Shown here one piece after another: positions 20,156 to 24,260 of a stretch of 24,260 nt of DNA. A program made the position numbers and the translations under genes. Source of the DNA: Chiloscyllium plagiosum (lineage: Eukaryota); assembly GCF_004010195.1 (NCBI RefSeq), contig NC_057718.1, forward strand, positions 11,701,186 through 11,725,445, read 5' to 3'. Within the stretch, counting starts at the first letter, position 1. Every line of letters starts with the position of its first letter. The notes beneath the pieces were generated by a model. That model had not been told where the DNA came from. It ran no database searches and was given only the letters and a program-made list of their open reading frames with translations.

Positions 20156-20301
20156 AAATTTTGAAAAATACATGACCAAAGGATAGATGGGATGGTGCTA
20201 ATTAGTGACACACCTCAAAGATGTCACAAAACCCAAACCCTCCACCCTGCGAATCACCTTTCTGGTATAGCCATCTAACTCCTCTGTTCTCCTGCCTGCA
20301 G

Positions 20302-20384
20302 TCCTGGCAACATCCACTACAGAGAGTCGGGCTGCCAAGACAGCTGAAGATGGCAGCCATCAGACTGGCCAGCAGCTCCCAAGG
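20302..20384 (+). other. Candidate 83-nt exon of an unidentified gene (possibly a first coding exon, MAAIRLASSSQG)
   Basis: Branch-point CTAAC (20275-20279), pyrimidine tract CTCCTCTGTTCTCCTGCCTGCAG, donor AGG/GTAAGG. It is GC-richer than the flanks and not a recognisable repeat. Open in two frames; the ATG at 20350 has a strong Kozak context (AAGATGG). Confidence 0.55.
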
Positions 20385-20574
20385 GTAAGGTTTCATTCTA
20401 CTGCAGGGCATAGGGTTAACCAATTGAACCCATCACCAGCGTGTTATAATTGTGTGGTGTGTTTGCTTGGAGAATGTTAGCTTCTGACAGATTTTCCTTT
20501 TGGGTGGGTGAGCAGTGCACCTGCCCTTAAAGTACAAGCCAGAGATTCAGCATTTCAGTTTGGTAAAGATAGTC

Positions 20575-20670
20575 AGACAGTTAAGTTTATAGAGTGCTTT
20601 TGTCACAATTTCATACAGCAGCATGTCCTAGAACCAAACAAAAAGCATCCTGTCTTCCATCCTATTGGAC
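20575..20670 (+). mobile_element. Small old CR1 endonuclease remnant
   Basis: KFIECFCHNFIQQHVLEPNKKHPVF resembles the CR1 pattern EF.EC..D.FL.QHV.EPTR...ILD. Confidence 0.5.
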
Positions 20671-20733
20671 ACCCCCCAGGTCATCTCCTCTGCACAGAAG
20701 CTCTTCAGCCACATTCTCAAACAGAAAACAAAT

Positions 20734-21014
20734 CCATCGAATTCAGCACCGCCTTCCTAACCTGCAATCTCCTTCTCGACCTCTCCGCCCCCACCCCAGT
20801 CTGACCTTTCACCCTCACCTTGACCTCTTTCCACCTATCACATTTCCGACGCCCCTCCCCCAAGTCCCTCCTCCCTACCTTTTATCTTAGCCTGCTGGAC
20901 AAACTTTCCTCATTCCTGAAGAAGGGCTTATGCCCGAAACATCGATTCTCCTGTTCCCTGGATGCTGCCTGACCTGCTGCGCTTTTCCAGCAACACATTT
21001 CCAGCTCTTGATCT
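20734..21014 (+). mobile_element. Young Penelope-like element 3' UTR and terminal repeat
   Basis: C/T-rich tract followed by CATTCCTGAAGAAGGGCTTATGCCCGAAACATCGATTCTCCTG..GGATGCTGCCTGACCTGCTGCGCTTTTCCAGCAACAC, the same terminus that follows the GIY-YIG remnant at 460-735. Confidence 0.85.
20911..20950 (+). ncRNA. Minimal hammerhead-ribozyme-like motif (PLE-associated)
   Basis: CUGAAGA (20916-20922), A, stem II GGGC-UUAU-GCCC (20924-20935), GAAAC (20936-20940), AUC. PLEs are known to carry minimal type I hammerhead motifs. Activity cannot be shown from sequence. Confidence 0.6.
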
Positions 21015-21049
21015 ACTTACCTCTTGTTCATACAACTAGACCAACTTAA

Positions 21050-21165
21050 AATGTTCCCAGTTCTGATGAAATTCCTCTCTGTAGCTGCTGACTGACCTGC
21101 TGAGTATTTCAAGTATTTGCTGTGTTTGTTTCCAAATTCCAGCATCTGAAATATTCTGCTTTTCA
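21050..21165 (+). mobile_element. Related short PLE-type terminal repeat (different, older subfamily, internally deleted)
   Basis: TTCTGATGAA...GCTGCTGACTGACCTGCTGAGTATTTCAAGTATTT..TTCCAGCATCTG shares the CTGATGAA start, the TGACCTGCTG core and the CCAGCATCTG end with the other PLE termini. Confidence 0.65.
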
Positions 21166-21424
21166 TTTTTCTGTTGTTTTGTTGTGACATCCACCGTGGC
21201 TTCTAAGCCCATTTTCCCTAATTGCGACCTGCGCTGTATCTTTTTGTTGTTTGAATGCATTTCTATGGCTTCAGTGTGAGTCAGATTATAAATTGGAAAG
21301 CTTTCATGATTGCATGTTCTTAACTAGTCTGACGAACATGGTTAAACCTCTTCAATTTCACAAAAGGAATAAACGAGTTTGAGCCTTTCTTTGGGCCACA
21401 AATTGTTTACATTGAGTTTAATGT

Positions 21425-21755
21425 TTACCACTGACTCAACGAGTAAACAGAGTACCCAGTGTTGCTGTGAGTAATACAGACTGTCAGTGTCCAGGTTTGA
21501 TCCGATGGTCTGGTGAATTGGCTGATCACAGCCTTGGCAGTCACATGGATACATAGTTGGCTTCAGTGCTACTTGGCTCAGGAAGGACAAAATAACCAGC
21601 TAATGTTCCTAAATCCTAATCATTAACGAATGGCTCCTGCTGGAACATGTGCAAGTGTTGACATGGATTGAGGGTAGGATTAGGCCTGCCTTGGCTGACT
21701 GATACTCAACATCTAGGATGATGTCTGCAAAATAACAACTTGGGCTAGGCACTAC
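21425..21755 (+). mobile_element. Old tRNA-derived SINE (decayed)
   Basis: A-box-like TGACTCAACGAG (about 21432) and B-box-like GGTTTGATCC (21494-21503), followed by a GCTGATCACAGCC..TTGGCTTCAGTGC..CAGC..GTTCCT..CCTGCTGGAA body resembling a common shark SINE I recall. Confidence 0.5.
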
Positions 21756-21899
21756 TTGATATTTCTGAAATAAATTATGAATACAAGATGATCAGAGGAG
21801 ATAAGAGCAATTAAACCAAAACTATTTTACACAAGATGATTTATAATGCACAGCAAAAATACCAAACCCATGTTTATGGACCAGATACACTCTACTTCA

Positions 21900-22490
21900 C
21901 CAAACTCAACCGTGTATCTTCCTATTCCTTTATTCCTTATCTAGTTTCCCTTTAAGCATATCCATGGAATTTTTCCAAAGTATGTGGATTTTGCAGGCCT
22001 AACCATCATACCTCAATTATCATACATCTCAGTATCTCTTTAGGGAGCAAGTTGCAAATTCTCACCATTTCCCGGCTAAAGAATTTCCTCTTGAAGTCCC
22101 GACTGGATTTATGAGAGACTATCGTATATTTATGACTTTTGGTTTTGGCTGCTTCACAAATGAAAACATTTACTGTCCCTGTCTTCTCTACCAAAATGTT
22201 TCCTAATCTTAAAGAACTCTATCAAATCTTTACATAGTCATCTCCTTCCTTGAGAAAAGAAATCTCACCTGTTCAGTCTTTTTTTACATAAAACCTCTTG
22301 GTTTTGGTAACAATGTTGTTAAACTTTTTTACATCTTCTCCACTGCTTCTTTATTCTTTATATAATTCGGAGAACTGCACTGCAAGTGTGTTCAAACCAA
22401 GGTTCTGTATCAGTTTTGCATCACTTCACTGTTGTTCAATTCTAGCCCTGTCGAAGTAAAGCTCAGAGCTTGGTTTTTTTTTAAATGGAA
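21900..22490 (-). mobile_element. Decayed CR1-clade LINE 3' fragment
   Basis: Minus ORF 22006-22194 KTKSHKYTIVSHKSSRDFKRKFFSREMVRICNLLPKEI resembles the CR1 pattern TRGH.YKI...S.REFRRNFF.QRVVR.WNLLP; upstream antisense motifs for LFS..RR...DLIE.FKI are present. Confidence 0.75.
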
Positions 22491-23619
22491 GCCACTCCAT
22501 GACGGTGTCCCCTCTGCTCAAATGATTAATGTTTATGTTACCAGCTAATGTGCCAGATGATTTATTCACTAAAAATTGGGTGTCACTCAAGTGTGCTTTG
22601 ATATATTAGAAGTGTTGCTTTCTTAAACATGTAGCTCTGGAGAATTCAACACATGTGGGTGTGCACACAGTATAAGGTCAACCAAAGCTTTCGGGGGAGG
22701 GCAGGCAAAGACTGCATATGAATATTAGATTTGATCCACTACATAAATTTAATTTTGCTTCAAAGATAGAAACAAAAAAAACATTATATTATGAAACACA
22801 ATCCAAAGAGCACAATAACATTCTTTTGTGTAAACATATTGACTGAGCCACTCACTAAGGATATGAGTCAGTTTTACCACTGAGCTCCTCACTGCCTTTG
22901 CCAATTGTTCAGTTTAATGAAAGAACTGTCTAATCAAAGGAAATTAGTTTATTTGCATAACTCTGCCAAAAGGTTTCTTGGCTTGCTTTCTGTTAACTTT
23001 TGAACTCATCGCTCCAAAACAATGACATCTTTAGTTTAACATTTCATTGTTTCCCCCTAAATTAGTTACTTAATTTATAATTTGCTCCTCTCCACATTCC
23101 CCTCCACTGGTTGGGCACATCATATTTCTTTGAGCCAGAACAGTAAGACAATGTGAGGCATGAGTCATGACTTCATTACAAGAACGACACAAGACTATTG
23201 AGTATTTTCAGTGCACTCACGTTCCAGCTACTCCTGAAATACGCCAATTCGGTGTTCTATTTCAGAATTGCGATGAAAAGTACAAAGGGGGCACATGGGA
23301 AATGGTCATTCCAATGCAGCGACTACACATTGGCTGCATCTATAGATCAGGGTGGAGGTTCCTAACACCACTGACACATTTGAGAATGGTCCAGTCAAAT
23401 TGCTCCAGGCATCACAGGGTGTGTGTAGGCTTGATGGACCAGATGGCCTTCTTCTGTCTGCCTTTTCAGTATGCATCTGTGCTGCCTTCAATTAACAGCT
23501 TCAGGTACTAGCTGAGTTCCCGATTTTTTTCTTCAGGAGTCTCTCGGTCATTGGGGCTCACACTCAACTGCTTCCCTTCGATCTTACAAATTAGTCTCAT
23601 ACTTTGACTCTCTGAATTG

Positions 23620-24260
23620 TTTCATGCAAAATGTCCAGATTACAGAGGAGGAAGTGCTGGCTGTCTTGAAACGAGTAAAGGTGGATAAATCCCCAGAACC
23701 TGATCAGGTGTACCCGAGAACTCTGTGGGAAGCTAGGGAAGTGATTGCTGGGCCTCTTGCTGAGATATTTGTATCATCGATAGTCACAGGTGAGGTGCTG
23801 GAACACTGGAAGTTGGCAAACATGGTGCCACTGTTTAAGAAGGGTGGTAAGGACAAGCCAGGGAACTATATAGACCAGTGAGCCTGACGTCGGTGGTGGG
23901 CAAGTTGTGGGAGGGAATCCTGAGGGACAGGATGTACATATATTTGGAAAGGCAAGGACTAATTAGGAATAGTCAACATGGCTTTGTGCATGGGAAATCA
24001 TGTCTCACAAACTTGATTGAGTTTTTTGAAGAAGTAACAAAGAGGATTGATGAGGGCAGAGCAGTAGATGTGATCTATATGGAATTCAGTAAGGCGTTCG
24101 ACAAGATTCCCCAAGGGAGATTGATTTGCAAGGTTAGATCTCATGGAATACAGGGAGAACTAGCCATTTGGAAACAGAACTGGCTGAAAGGTAGAAGACA
24201 GAGGGTGGTGGTGGAGGATTGTTTTTCAGACTGGAGGCCTGTGACCAGTGAAGTGCTACA
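23620..24260 (+). mobile_element. Young CR1-clade LINE ORF2 RT region (5'-truncated, runs off the window)
   Basis: ITEEEVLAVLKRVKVDKSPEPDQVYPRTLWEARE..WKLANMVPLFKKGGKDKPGNY, a +2 frameshift (extra TA at about 23868-23872), then an open frame RPVSLTSVVGKL..NSQHGFVHGKSCLTNLIEFFEEVTKRIDEGRAVDVIYMEFSKAFDKIP..DWRPVTSEVL. Confidence 0.95.

Noticed and set aside
21015..21045. Minus-strand 15-nt micro-exon (TTGTATGAACAAGAG/GTAAGT)
   Set aside because: Weak pyrimidine tract, wedged between two PLE-type repeats, and on the opposite strand to the better candidates.
23167..23511. 114-aa plus-strand ORF
   Set aside because: No recognisable homology, and its 3' part contains a CR1-type tail motif (TGATGGACCAGATGGCCTTCTTCTG), suggesting repeat origin.
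1..24260. Prokaryotic operon, CRISPR array, phage or defence system
   Set aside because: Very low coding density, vertebrate retroelements throughout, and no regularly spaced repeat-spacer array.

Overview
Eukaryotic, AT-rich, repeat-dense sequence that looks like cartilaginous fish (shark) intronic or intergenic DNA. The repeat variants resemble those I recall from carpet sharks; this assignment is from memory, not a database search. No intact gene, rRNA, tRNA or CRISPR array is present, and the longer ORFs in the track are either decayed retroelement fragments or noise. Much of the window consists of truncated, often nested retroelements: CR1-clade LINE fragments (RT, endonuclease, ORF1 esterase, 3' ends), a second CR1/L2-group LINE family (about 2.3 kb decayed copy), a young full-length HE1-type V-SINE, an older tRNA-derived SINE, and several Penelope-like element (PLE) fragments. 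Most notable observations: (1) a minimal hammerhead-ribozyme-like motif (CUGANGA-A-GGGC-loop-GCCC-GAAAC) in five PLE termini plus a deleted trace in a sixth, with several fragments starting just at its 5' edge and one copy enclosed in a 40-bp inverted repeat; (2) a CR1 insertion with a twin-priming-like inversion/deletion; (3) a degenerate (TTAGGG)n plus templated insertion inside a LINE; (4) a few plus-strand exon candidates, the best at 20302-20384 and 4039-4063, suggesting an unidentified host gene. I cannot support a claim of a new protein-coding system here. Repeat boundaries are approximate.
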